This document shows, piece by piece, positions 1-13,378 of a stretch of 64,000 bases of DNA (positions within the stretch are counted from its first letter, which is position 1; each line of letters starts with the position of its first letter). This DNA is from Haplodiscus bocki (taxonomy: Eukaryota). The stretch is taken from assembly GCA_965655095.1 (NCBI GenBank), contig OZ296655.1:89838001-89902000 (forward strand), given 5' to 3'. The notes beneath the pieces were generated by a model. It was given only the letters and a program-made list of their open reading frames with translations, had not been told where the DNA came from and searched no databases. The position numbers and the translations under genes were made by a program.

Positions 1-3000
1 GTCAAAACAGCATCTGAAATCTTTCTAAACTATCCGCAATCGTCATGTTTAGTCCGCATTGTTTTATTTACACACCTGCCCTCATAGCGTTTTCAAATTA
101 GGGATGTGTCAGATTTTTCCAAACCTCAGTTTCATAATCCCGAGACTTATCTCCGAGAAGCCATGTGACGTAACGTTCGCCTTCGAAGAATACACTATCC
201 TAACACGTTCTCGACCTATACCTATCCTTATGCTTTTCCGAAGTACCCCTTATCTTAAAACATTGTCGACGTAAACTCTATCTTACTACCTTGTCGACGT
301 GAACCAGTTTTTAATACGATGCCGAAGTATACCCAATTTTAAAACTTTCCCGAACTAGGTCCTATCTTAATACGTTGCCAATTTTTAGCCTATCCTAACA
401 TATTGCCGATCTTTAGCCCATCTTCATACGCTGCCGCCATATCTGAAGACCTTGCTGATCTAAAATGTTTCGTAATACAATACAAAAATATCTGTTCATA
501 TTGCCGAATTAGAGCCTATTTGAATAGGTTGCCGAACTGAAGCTAGTCTTACTACACTGCCACGCCATCTTGAAACATTTCTGGATTATGACATATCTTA
601 CAAACTTTAACCGAAGTATAGCTTATCCTAATACATTTCCATTGGACTTCAATGCAATCTGCTTCTGGAATTTGTCATCACCCAAACTTTAGGTCAATCT
701 TTATGCCAAGTAATTTATCAGAACAGCAACAGCAGTCATCCTAAACTAACCGTAGCCATCATGTTTAGTCCTCATTGTAACATTTACCCACCTGCCATCG
801 TAGCAGTTTCAAATCCGGGACTTGTCGGAAAGTTGATTACAATCCATCGGTTCCATAATCCCCGGACTACCCCCGAGAAACCATAAAGTATGACGTACGG
901 CTCGGAAGATTATCCTATCTTAAGACGTTCTGGACTCTACCTGTTTTAATACTTTTCGAGAGTACACCTTAACTTAACACATTTTCGACGTGTACACTAT
1001 TCTAAACGTTTATCGATGTGTATAAAATAATAATGCGTTGCCCAAGTATATCCTATCTGAACACTTTGCCAAAGTAAAGTCTGTCTTTTGATATTACGGA
1101 TTCACAGTCTGTCTTGATGCACTGCCGCCCTGTTTCACGACATTGCTGAACTACACCGTACTGTAATATATTACCAAACCATCTTAACACATTGTCGAAC
1201 AAAAACGTATCTCAATAAAATTGCTGAACTAAACCTAATCCGACTACATTCCACCTTATCTTAAAACACTCTCAGATTTTAACTTTTCCTGAAAACTAGC
1301 CGAAACATAGCTTATTAAAAAACACTCGCCTCGCATTTCAATGCATCATGATGCTGGAATCTGTCATCACCCAAACTTTAATTTAATCTCTTTGGAAAGC
1401 ATTATGTCAGAACAGCATCTGATTAAAACAGCAGTCATCCTAAACTAACTGCGGGCGTCATGTTTAATCCGCGTCGTATTTTTAACCCATCTGCCATCCT
1501 AGCAGTTTCAAATCCGCAGAATGTCGGAATTTTCATTACCAAACGCTAATTTCGCAATCCCGGGACTACTCCACGCGTACCCATGTAACATAGCCTACGG
1601 CTCCGAAGTATATCCTATCCAAACACGTTCTGGAACTATACCTACCCTACCTTAATACAGTTTCGAAGTACACCTTATCTTATTACAATGTCGACGTGTA
1701 CTTCATCCTATAAACCTTATCACGTTTACATTTTCCTAATCCGTTGCCGAAGTACAGCCTATTTTAGGACAATGCTTACCTATAACCTATCTTCATACAC
1801 TGCCACCCTATCTTAAACCATTGCCGAACTATAGAGTATCATATACATTACCAAACTATCTTAGCCCCTTGCCGAACTTTAGCTTTTCTTAAAAGATTGC
1901 CAAATTGAAGCTAATCTTAATACACTGCGACCCTATCTTATTACATTGCCGGATTAAACCCTATCCTAAAAACTTGCAGAAGCATAGCCTATCTCAATAC
2001 TTTACCTTCTCCTTTCAATGCAACAAGCTACGCAAATTTATCATTCCCCAAAAATTATAGCAACCTTTATGCAAACCAATAGGTCAAAGCAGTATCTGAA
2101 GTCATCCTACACTCTCCGCAGTTGTCATTTTTAGTCAGCATCAACTTGTTTACCCACCTATCGTCCTAGCAGTTCAAATCTGGGATATGTCGGAATTTTC
2201 AATACAAAACCTTAGTGTCAATACCCCGGAACTACCCGTTCGAAAAACCATGTAATCTAAGGTTCCGCTCCAAAGCATATACTATCTGAATACGATCTTG
2301 AACTATACCTATCTTACTTACCTTTCCGAATTACACCGTACCTTAGTACATCGTTCCCGTGTACACTATCTTAATACCTTGCCGAAGCTTACCCTATCCT
2401 GATTCGTTGCTGAATCAAAGCCTATCTCAACACATTGCCGGTCTATAGCCTATCTTGATACACTGCTGCCCTATCTTGAGACCTTGCCGATCTTTGGCCG
2501 CCTATCGTAATTTATTGTCGAATTGAAGCTGGTGTCAATAAACTGCCACCCTCCCTTGGTACATTGCCAAAGTAAAACCTATCCTGAATACTTGCCGAAG
2601 TGTAGCCTATCCTAATATATTTCCCTCAGTTTTCAATGCAACATGCTTAAGAAATTTCTCATCACCCAAACTTTAAATCAATCTTTATGCAAATCATTCA
2701 GTCAAAACAGTATCTGCAGTCGTTCTAAACTATATGCAGTCGTCATGTTTTTTTTAAAACGTATTAACTACCCATCTGCTGTTCTAGCAGATTCGAATTC
2801 GGTAGCTCGCGGAGTTTTCATTTCGAAACCTTAGTTCCATAATCCCGGGACAACCCCACGAGAAACCATGTATTATAGCGTACCGCTCGGTAGCAATTTC
2901 CTTTTTACACGTTCTGGAACTATACTAATCCCAAAAAAATTCCGAAGTACAGCTCACCTCATTATATTGTCGATGTGAACTCTATCATGTTACCTCGTCG

Positions 3001-5733
3001 AAGCGTACCACATCTTAATATGTTGCCAAAGTAAATCCTACTCAAGAGCTTTTCCGAAGTCAATATTGTCTTTATACGTTGCCAATCTAAAGGTTATCTA
3101 AACACGTTCAGGATCTATAGGCTATCTTGATACACTGCCGCCCTGTCTAGAGATATTGCCGAATTATAGCGTATCATCATGCATTACGGAATTATCAAGA
3201 CATATTTCCACTCTCTAGCCTGTCTTGATGCACCGCCGCCCTATCTTGAAACATTGCCGAAATATTGCGTATTGTAATACGTTTCCGAAGTATCTGAACA
3301 TAATGCCGAAATATAGTTTCTCTCAATAGGTTGCCCAACTGAAAGTTATCTTATTATACTGGCGCCCAATCTTAACACATTGCCGGATTATAACCTATCC
3401 TGAAAAATTGTCAAGGTTTAGCCTATCTTGATACATTCCCCTAGGATTTCAATGCAACTTGCAAAAAAAATTCTTCATCACGCAAACAAAAATCATTTTT
3501 TATGCAAAGTGTTGAATCGAAACAGTGTCTGCGGTCATTCCAAACTATCTGCAGGCCTCATCTTTAGTCCGCATTGTCCTTTTTAGCCACATGCCGTCCT
3601 AGCATTTTCAAATCCTGGATGTCGGAACTTGCATTGCTAAACCTTAGTTTCAGAAACCCGAGACTACCCTCCGACAAACCATGTAATCTAATGTGCCGCT
3701 CCTAGGTATATCCTATCATAAGATGTTCTGGAACTATACCTATCTTAATACATTTCTGAAGTACAACTTATCTTACTACAATGTTGAAGTGTACCCCATC
3801 TGAATACGTGGCCGATGTATAACTCTAATTCAAAACCTTTCAGAAGGATTTTCTATCTTATTACGTTGCCGAACTTCAGTCTATCTGATCACCTTGCCGA
3901 TCTATAGCCTATCCTGATTCACTTTTGCCCTGTCCAAAGACCTTGACAAACATAGCGTATCGTAATACATTACCAAACGATCTTAACACAATGCCGAATC
4001 ATAGAATGTCTCAATAAATTGCCGAACTGAAGACGATCCTGCTACAATGCCACCCGATGTATATCCATAATAACAGATTGCCGAACTGAAGATAACGCAA
4101 AAACTGCCACCCTATCTTCATACTTTGCCGTATTAGAATCTATCCTACAACTTTAGCCTATCTTAATGAAGCTTCATACAATAAAATCCTCCTGGATTTC
4201 AATGCAACATGCTACTGGAAATTTTCATCACTCAAACATTAAAACAATCTTAATGCAATTCATAGCATCTCATTGAATTGCTGAACTGAAGCTAATCCTA
4301 CTGCACTGCCACCCTATGCTGAAACAATACCAGATTATAACTTCTCCTGAAAAAGTGCCAAATGTAAAGCCTTTCTAAAAGTATTCCGCTCGGTTTTCAA
4401 TGCAATTTGCTAATGACCTTTGTAATCACGCAAAATTTATTTCAAAATTTATGCAAAGTGTTGAATCGAAACAGCATCCGGAGTCATTTTAATGTATCCG
4501 CAGGCGTCATGTTCAGTCCGCATCTTTTTTTACCCACCTGGCATCATAGCAGTTTGAAATCCGGGATTTGTAGTAAACTTCATTCTCAAACCTTAGTTTA
4601 AAAATCCGGGGACCATCTTCCGAGAAACCATGTAAACTATCCTACCGCTCCGAAGTATATGCTATGCTAATACGTTTCAAAACTCTGTCTATTTTAATGG
4701 GTTTCCAAAGTACAGCTTATCTTGGTAAATTGTCAAAACGTACACCTTTTTAAGACGTTGCCGAAGTATACCTTTCATCAAAACTTGTCGGAGGTGTCTG
4801 CTAACGTAATACGTTGCCGAGCTATAGTATATGTTAACACAATGCCGATCTGTAGCCTATCTTGATACTCTAACGCCCTATCTTAAGACATTGCTGATGT
4901 ATGGCGTATCTTATTACATTATCAAACTATCTGAACACAAGGCGGAACAATTGCATCTCTCAATAGATAGCCGAACTGAAGCTAATCTTATTATACTGCC
5001 ACCCTGTCTTATTACAAAGCCGGACTTTAACCTGTCCTGAAAAAATGCCGAAGTATAGCCTCTACTAATACATTCCTTTCGGATTTCAAAGCAAATGGCT
5101 AATGCACTCTGCCATCATCCAATTTTTATATCAATTCTTGTGAAAAGCGGTGAATCTAAACAGTATCTTCAACCATTCAGAACTACCCGCAGTCGTCATG
5201 TTTAGTCCGCATCGTGTTATTTACCCACCTGCCGTTCTAGTATTGTCAAATCCAGGATATGTCGCAAATTTCATCACTAAACTTTAGATTTGAAACGAGG
5301 GCATACCCTATGAGGAACCATGTAATCTAAGGTACCGCTCCGAAGTATATCCTAACCTAACTCGTTCTGGAAATAAACCTACCTTAATACTTTTACAAAG
5401 TACTGATTATCTTGATACATTGTCGAAATGTGCCCCGTTTTGGACGTTGCCGAAGTATACCCTACTTCAAAAATTTTCTGGAGTGTCTGCTAACGTAATA
5501 CATTGACAAGCTATAGTTTATCTTAACACAATGCCGATCTTTAGCCTATCTTGATACACTGCCGCCCAATCTTAAGATATTGCCGAACCACAGCGTATCG
5601 TAATTTCCATAATTTCAACACAATGTCGAACTCTAGCATAATTTGACAGCTTCCCTTCAGATTTCAAATCATCATGCAACAGAAATTTGTCAACACCCAA
5701 CTTTTAAATCAATTTTTCATGCGAAGCGATTTA
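1..5733 (+). repeat. Layer 1: divergent short monomers (about 580-815 bp) lacking the ~335 bp module
   Basis: Anchors at about 1, 717, 1406, 2083, 2701, 3516, 4465, 5154 and 5734. Each minisatellite block runs directly into ...(GGA)TTTCAATGCA, for example at 3444-3456 and 5080-5093. No AGCCAATCAG-containing module is seen before about 6390. Confidence 0.88.
2960..3440 (+). repeat. Representative internal minisatellite module (28 bp and 21 bp units), present in every monomer
   Basis: The 28-mer consensus is about TTGCCGAACTATAGCCTATCTTAATACA and the 21-mer about CTGCCGCCCTATCTTAAGACA. From about 3079 the units read 28,28,21,28,21,28,21,28,21,28,28,21,28,28. Confidence 0.9.
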
Positions 5734-6229
5734 GTCGAAACAGTTTTTGAAGTCACCCTAAATTGTCCAGAGGCATCATAAACCATCTCAATTGCTATTT
5801 TCATCCCTCTGCCGCCAAAGAAGTTTCAGAACCGTGATATGTCGAAGGTTTCATTACTAAACCACAGTTTCACGAAAAAGTAATATAACTTAAAGATCCG
5901 ATGTACTTCCTCTCCTAACACGATCTGGAACTATACCAATCTTAATACCTTACCGAAGTACTTTTTAACTTATTAAACTGTCGACGTGTCCTCTATCTTG
6001 TCAAACTGTACCTCAACCTAATACGTTGCCAAATTATTGTCCATCTCAACACACTGCCAGTCTATAGCCTATCTTGGTTCCTTGCCGCCCTTTGTCAAGA
6101 AATTGCCGAAATATATCATATCGTAATACATAACCAAACTGACTTAGCACTTTACCGATCTTAAGACTGTTTTCATACACTGCCGACCTATCTGAAGAAT
6201 TTGATGAGCTATAGCGTATTGTAATTCAT

Positions 6230-9200
6230 TACCAAACTATCCTAAAACTTTGCCGATCTAAGGCCAATCTGAAAAGATTGCTGAACCGACGTCAATCACA
6301 AAAACTGCTACCCCATCTCAGTACATTGCCGCGTTGTAACACATCCTAACTATTTGCCGAAGTTTAGCTTATCTTATTACAGTCCTCTCACGTTGCGTGA
6401 AAACTGTACTCAGCCGATCATAATCGAGCTATACGTAACACGAGGGCTGCCGAGTTAAATGGAGGTAACTTCGCGGCCCACATAAAAAGTCGGTTTTCTA
6501 TAGCTCTTCTTAATACATAGGGATCTTCAAAACTTGTAAAAAAACAAACAACCTAGTTCTTAAAACAGAGAAAGTAATTAGAATAGGGCAACCAGTCAAA
6601 GATTTTGACGCTGCAGAAAATTGTTGATTAGATGCTACAACAGGGAAAGCAATGAACTTTCAAAATGAGATCCCTTCCGTTCCCTTTGAAATCTTCGAAA
6701 AGCTGATTTTACAAGGTTTTGATTCACCTTCTTTGCAACATGCTACTGAAATTTATCATCATCCAAGCATTAAATCAATCTTTTCGCGCAACATGAAGTC
6801 AAAACAGTGTCTGAAGTCATATTAACTATCCGGAGGCGTCAAGTGTAGTCTGCATCATAGTTTATACACACCTGCCTTCCGAGCAGTTTCACTTCCGGGA
6901 TGTGTCGGGAAATTTCGTCACTAAATCTTAGGTTGGAAATGTCGGGACTACCCCTCAAGAAAATGTTTGAAAAAACCTATCGCTCCAAAGGGAAACCTAT
7001 TCTAAGACATTCTGCAACTATAACTATCCTATTGCATTTCCGAAGTACACGTTATCTTAAAATGATGTCAACGTATGCCCATTCCTAACGCTTTGTTGAT
7101 GCGTACCCTATGTTAATATACTGCCGAAGTATACGCTACTTTAAAACTTTCCCGAAGTATGTCCGAACTTAGTACGTTACAGATTTATAGCCAATCTTAA
7201 CACATTGCCAATCTATAGGCTATCTTTTCACACTGCTGCACTATCCTGAGACATTGCCGAACTAAAGGGTATCGTGGAACATTATGAACTGCCTTAACAA
7301 ATTGCTGAACCATAGCCTATCGCAATAGATTGCCAAACCAAAGGTAGCGAGAATGCACTGCCACAGTATCCTAACACATTGTCGGATTACAACCTATTCT
7401 TTGAAATTGCCTAAGTATAGCTTATATCATTGCACTCTTCTCGGATTTCGTAGAAAGTTATACTGAGCCAACCAAAATCGAGCAATATTTAAACCGAGGT
7501 CTCCTGACTAAAATGGAGGTCCCTCCTTGGCTCTCAGGACAAACCGGTCTTCTATGGCTTATCATATTACATGTGGATCTTCAAAACGTAAAACACAATA
7601 CAAAAAAGGGCCTTAGGACGAAGAAAAAATATCAGTAGAGGTCAACCAATCGAATTCTTCGACGCTGTTTAAAGATGTTGTTCATCAGCCACAACAATCA
7701 AGGCAAAAAAGTTCCCAATTGACATCCCTTCATATACAAGTAAAGCCTTCAAAGTTCAAATTTCACTAATATTTGATTTGACTTCAATGCAACACGCTAC
7801 TGAACTTTGTCATCACCCAAACTTTAAATCAATTTTTTCCAAAGGATGATGTATTAACAGTATCTGCAGTCGTCCTAAGCTATCCACAGGCGTTATAAGT
7901 AGTCTGCTTTGTAGAATTTACCAGCTTGACGTCCAAGGAGGCTGAAATTCGGGATGTGTCGGGATTTTTTAAAATAAACTTTGCATTCAAAAACCCTGGA
8001 ATACCCTCCGACAAACAATGTAATGTAACCTACCGCTTCGAAGTGAATCTCATTCTAACACGTTGCAGAACTATCCTATTACATTTCCGATGTACACATT
8101 ATCTTAAAACATTGTCAACGCCTACCTTATCTTAATGCTTTGTCGACGTGTATCATATCCTAGTACACTGCCGGAGTATACCCTACAATAAACTTTTCCG
8201 ATGTATATCTTAATACTTTTCTGAAGTACAACTCATGTCATGTTAATACAATATTGAAGTGTACCCCATCTGGATACGTTGCCGAAGTATACCCTAATTC
8301 AAACCTTTTCAGAAGCATCTCCCATAAAATTACGTTGCCGAACTTCGGTCTATCTTATCAGCTTGCCGATGTATAGACTATCTTGGTTCAGTGCCGCATT
8401 TTCTCAGGACTTTGCCGAAACGTAACGTAGTGTAATACATAACCAAACTATCTTACAACTTTGCCGATCTAAAGCCAATGTCATAAGATTGCTGAACCGA
8501 CGTCAATCACAAAAACCGCTACCCCATCTCAGTACATTGCCGGGTTGTAACACATCCTAACTATTTGCCGAAGTTTAGCTTATCTTTTTACAGTCCTCTC
8601 ACGTTGCGTGAAAACTGTACTCAACCGATCATAATCGAGCTATACGTAACCCGAGGGCTGTCGAGTTAATTGGAGGTAACTTCGCGGCACCCAGAAAAGT
8701 TCGATTTTGTTTAGTTCTTCCTAGTACATAGGATCTTCAAAACTTGTAAAAAAAACAAACAGTTTAGGCCTTAACACAGAGAAAGTAATTAGAATAGGGC
8801 AACCAGTCAAAGATTTTGACGCTGTAGAAAATTGTTGATTAGATGCTATAACAGGAAAAGCAATGGTTTTTCAAAATGATTTCCCTTCATTTACAATTGA
8901 AATCTTCAAAAACTAGATTTTACAGGGTTTCGATTTACCTTCATTCCAACTTTCTACTGAAATTTATCATCATCAAAGCATTAAATCAGTCGTTTTGCGA
9001 GACATGACGTTAAACAGTGTCTGAAGTAATGATGAACTGTCCAGAGGTGTCTTAATTAGTCCGCATCGTATTGTTTACCCACCTGCCGTCTGAGCAGATT
9101 CAAATCCGGGATCTGTCAGGAACTTTTACACCAAATCTGAGGTTCATAATCCCGGGAGCACCCTTCGAGAAACTGTGTGAATTAACCTGCCGCCGTAAAA

Positions 9201-10200
9201 TGAATCTTATCCTAAAACAATCTGGAACTATACCTATCCTTTTACCTTTCCGGAGTACACGTTATCTTAAAATGTTTTCAACGTATGCCCTATCTTAATG
9301 CTTTGTGGACGCGTACCCTATGTTAATATATTGCCGAAGTATACCCTACATTAAAACTTTCCGGAAGTATGTCCGACCTTAATACGTCACCGACCTATAG
9401 CCAATCATAACACATTGCCGATCTCTAGCCTATCTTGTCACAGTGCCGCCCCATCCTGAGACTTCTCCGAAATATAGCGTATAGTGAAACAGTACGAACT
9501 ACCTTAACAAATTGCTCAACTATAGCCTATCGCAATAGATTGCGAAACCAAAGCTGGCGTCAATGCACTGCCACACTATCCTAATACATTGCAGGATTAC
9601 AACCTGTTCTATGAAATTGCCTAAGTACAGCGTATATTATTGCATTCCTCTCGGCTTTCGTCAAAAGTTAAACTAAGCCAATCAGAATCGAGCAAAAATT
9701 AACCCACAGGCTCTCGACTAAAATGGAGGTCTGTCCTTGGCCCTCAGGACAAAACGGCTTTCTATGGTTTATCTTATTACATTGGATCTTCAAAATTTAG
9801 AAAACAATACAAGGAAAGAGCCTTAGGACGGAGAAAAAAATCAGAAGAGGTCAACCAATCGAAATCTTTGACGCTGCTGAAAAACGTTGTTCATTAGCCG
9901 TGACAATGAAGGCAAGAAACGTTCAAATTGACGTTTCCTTCATATCCAATTAAAGCCTTCAAAGTTCAAAACTTACTAGTTATTGAATTGACTTCACTGC
10001 AGCACGCTACTGATTTTTGTCATCGACCAAACTCTAAACACGTTCCAGAACTATAGCTATCCGTTTTCATTTCTGAAGTAAACATTATCCTAAAACAGTT
10101 TAAACGCTACCCTATCTTATTGCTTTGCCGACGTGTATCATAATTTACTACACTGCTGAAGTATAGCCTACAAAAAAACTTTTCCGAAGTATATCCGCCC
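6230..10200 (+). repeat. Older dimer duplication, period about 2210 bp
   Basis: GCTGAACCGACGTCAATCACAAAAAC...CAGTCCTCTCACGTTGCGTGAAAACTGTACTC is shared by about 6280-6411 and about 8491-8622. Anchors are at 6798/9009 and second modules at 7441/9651. It is visibly more diverged than the 1864 bp pair. Confidence 0.85.
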
Positions 10201-13043
10201 TTAATACGTTGCCGAATTACGGCCGATCTTAGCGCAGTGCCGATCAATAGCCCATCTTGATACATTGCCGCCCTATCTTAAGACATTCCCGAAGTATAGC
10301 GTATTGTGTTACATTACCAAACATTCAAGACATTGTCGAACTGTAGCATATGTTGTTAAAATCCCTGCGGATTTCAATGCATCATGGTACCGAAAATTGT
10401 CATGAACCGAACATTAAATCAACCTTCATGCAAAGAGATGAGTCGAAAAAGTTTCTGCAGTCATCCTAAACTGTCTGGAGGCGTCATAAACAGTCTGCTT
10501 TGCTATTTCCACCCTTTTGCCGCCGAAGCAGTTCCAGATCCGAAAAAAGTCCGAATTTTCGTTACTAAACCTCAGTTTCATAATCCCGGGATTACCATCC
10601 TGGAAACAAAGTAATAAAACGCAAAGCTCTGGAATACTTCCTGTCCTAACACGATCTGGAACTACACCTATCTTAAAATATTTCCGAACTACAACTTACC
10701 TTAATACATTGTCGACGTGTACTCTATCTTAATTTTTTGTTGACGTCTGCTTCATCTTAACACGTTGCCGAAGTCAACCCTACTTCAAAATTTTTCCGAA
10801 GTATATCCTATCCTAACACGTTCTACAACTAAACCTACATTAGTACCCTCCCGAAATACACCTTTTTTTTAAAAAATGTCAACGTGTACTTTGTCTTGAT
10901 ATCTTGTTGAATTGTTTCTCATTCTAATACATTGCCAGACTAAAGTCTATCTCCACATATTGCCGGTCTAAAGTCTATCTTGGTTCACTGCCGCTCTTTC
11001 TCAAGACATTGAGGAATTAAAAAATATCGTAATACATAACCAAAATATCTTAAGGGCATGCCGATCTTTAGCCTATCTTGACAAACTGCCGCCCTGTCTT
11101 GAGACCATGCCGATCTATAGCGTAATGTGAAACATTACCAAAATACTTTACCAATTCGCTGCACTGTAGCCCATCGCAATAGATTGCCAAATTAAAGCTA
11201 GCCTTGATGCACTGCCACAGTATCCCAACCTATTGTCGGATTATAACCTATTCTTTAAATTTGCCGAAGTTATGCTGACCTTAATTCTTTACCCGGTGAT
11301 TTCGCGAAAAGATTCCTCAGCCAATCAGAATCGAGCAAATAACCCGCGGGCTCTCGACTAAAAAGAAGGTCCCTCCTTGGCTCTCAGATCGAATTGGCTT
11401 TCTATAGCTTATCCTATTACATGCGGATCTTGAAAATTTACAAAACAATACATTAAAAGAGCTTAAGGACGGAGAAAAAAGTCAAAAGAGGTCAGCCAAT
11501 CGAAATCTTTGACGCTGTTGAAAAACGTTGCTCATCAGCCGTGACAATGAAGACAAAAAACTTTCAAATTTATATCCCTTCAAATCCCGTTAAAGCCTTC
11601 AAAGTTCAAAATTTACTAGTTCTTGAATTGGCTTCACTGCAGCATGCTACTGAAATTTGTCACCACCCAAAATTCAAATCAATCTTCCTCCAAAAAATGA
11701 TGTAATAACAGTATCTGCAGTCATGCTAAACTATCCACAGGCGTCAAATTTAGTCCGCATTGTAATATTTACCCACTTGCCGTGCAAGCAGTTTCAAAAC
11801 CGAAATTTGTCGGATTTTTCATAAGTAAATCTTAGTTTCATTACCCTCCGAGAAACTATAAAGTGTGACGTACGGCCAGGAAAAATATTCTACCCTAAAA
11901 CGTTCTGGAATCTACTTATCTTAATACTTTGGAGAACTAAGCCTATCTTATCATATTGCCGATTTACAGTCTATCTTGATACACTAGCGCCCTATCTTAA
12001 GATATTGCTGAACCATACCGTACTGTAATACATCAACAAACCATCTCAACACCTTGCCGAACTATAGCCAATCTCAATAAATTTGCCGAACTATAGCCTA
12101 TCTCAATAAATTTGCCGAACTATAGCTAATCTTACTACTCTGCCACTCTTTCTTAAACCATTGCCGGATTATAACCTATCCTGGAAACTAGCCGAAGAAT
12201 TGCCTATCTAAATACAATCCCCTCGAATTTCAGTTCATCATGCTGCTGGAATGTGTCATTACCAAAATTTAAATCAATCTTTCTGCAAAAGTTGAAGTGA
12301 AAATAGTATCTGCAGTCGTTGTACACAATCCACAGGCCTTACAATTAATCCGCATCGCAGAATTCAGCCACTTGTCATCCGAGCAGGTTGAGATTTGGAA
12401 TCTTCTAGGAGCTAATATGTCTGAACCTTCGGTTCAAACTCCCGGTACTACCCTCTGACGAAAAATGTATTTTAACCTACCGCTCTGAAAGATATGCTAT
12501 CTTGACACGTTCTGAAACTTTGCTATCATAATACATTTCCGAAGTACACCTTATATTACTACATTGTCGCTATGTACTCCATTGTAACACCTTGTCGACT
12601 GTACCGTATCTTGATACGTTGCCGATGTAAACTTTACATCAAAACTTTCCAGAAGTACACCGTATCCTAGTGCGTTGCCGAAATATAGTCTATCTTAAGA
12701 CATTGCCAATCGATAGACTATCCTGATCCTTTGCCGCCCTATCTTAAGACCTTGCCGAACAACAGCGAATTGTAGTAACTTACCGGATGATCTTAACATT
12801 TTGCCGACCGATAGCTCATCCAAAGACGTCGCCTGTCTTTCGCCTGTCTTGATACACTGACGCACTTACTTAAGACATTGCCGAAAAAAACGTATCGTAA
12901 TACATTAACAAACTATCTTACAATATTGCCGATCTGTAGCCTATCGATACACTGCCACCCTGTTTCAGGACTTTGCAGGAAAATAGCCTTTTCTAAATAA
13001 TTACCGAAGTTTAGCTTATTTCAATACGTTCCTCTGTGATTTC

Positions 13044-13378
13044 GCGAAAAGAGTCCTCAGCCAATCAGAATCGAGCATTTCCCAACCCGAGGGCTATTGA
13101 TTAAAATGGACGTATCTCCACTGCTTTAAGATTAAATAGGCTTTTTATAGTTTATCTTAGCACGAAGCGATCTGGAAATCTTCGAAACTATTTCAAAGAA
13201 CAGGCCTTAAAACCAATTGAATATTCAAAAGGGGTCAATCTGTCGAAGCTTTTGACGCTGCTGACAATTTTTACTGAAAATCCAAGACAGTGAATGCAAT
13301 AAACGCTGTGACTGACATCCCATCAATTAGAAGTGAAGTTTTTACAGCCAAATTTTAACTAGTTTTTGATTTGACTTC
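13044..13378 (+). repeat. Representative optional ~335 bp module (module B)
   Basis: It lies between GATTTC and AATGCA, which are adjacent in short monomers. Length is 335 bp here, 335 bp at 49170-49504, about 335 bp at 6397-6731, 334 bp at 19582-19915 and 332 bp at 11304-11635. Confidence 0.9.
13059..13068 (+). promoter_or_regulatory. CCAAT box (NF-Y consensus match AGCCAATCAG) in module B of the older monomers; function untested
   Basis: Exact AGCCAATCAG at 9676, 11319, 13059, 14923, 19597 and 20866. This is a motif match only. Confidence 0.3.

Noticed and set aside
1549-1566. CENP-B box-like TTCG...CGGG
   Set aside because: The spacing does not fit TTCG-N4-A-N2-CGGG, and the TTCG is not conserved at this position in other monomers.
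2960-3440. 28 bp repeats as a CRISPR array
   Set aside because: The units are directly adjacent and degenerate, with no unique spacers, no leader and no cas genes.
12054-12125. 29 bp as the basic subunit
   Set aside because: It is a local triplication of a unit with one extra T. Elsewhere the spacing is 28 bp (e.g. 19089/19117 and 10209/10237/10265).
13044-13378. Module B as a MITE or SINE insertion
   Set aside because: It has no terminal inverted repeats, poly-A tail or Pol III A/B boxes. The only flanking repeat is TTC, which is equally explained by microhomology.
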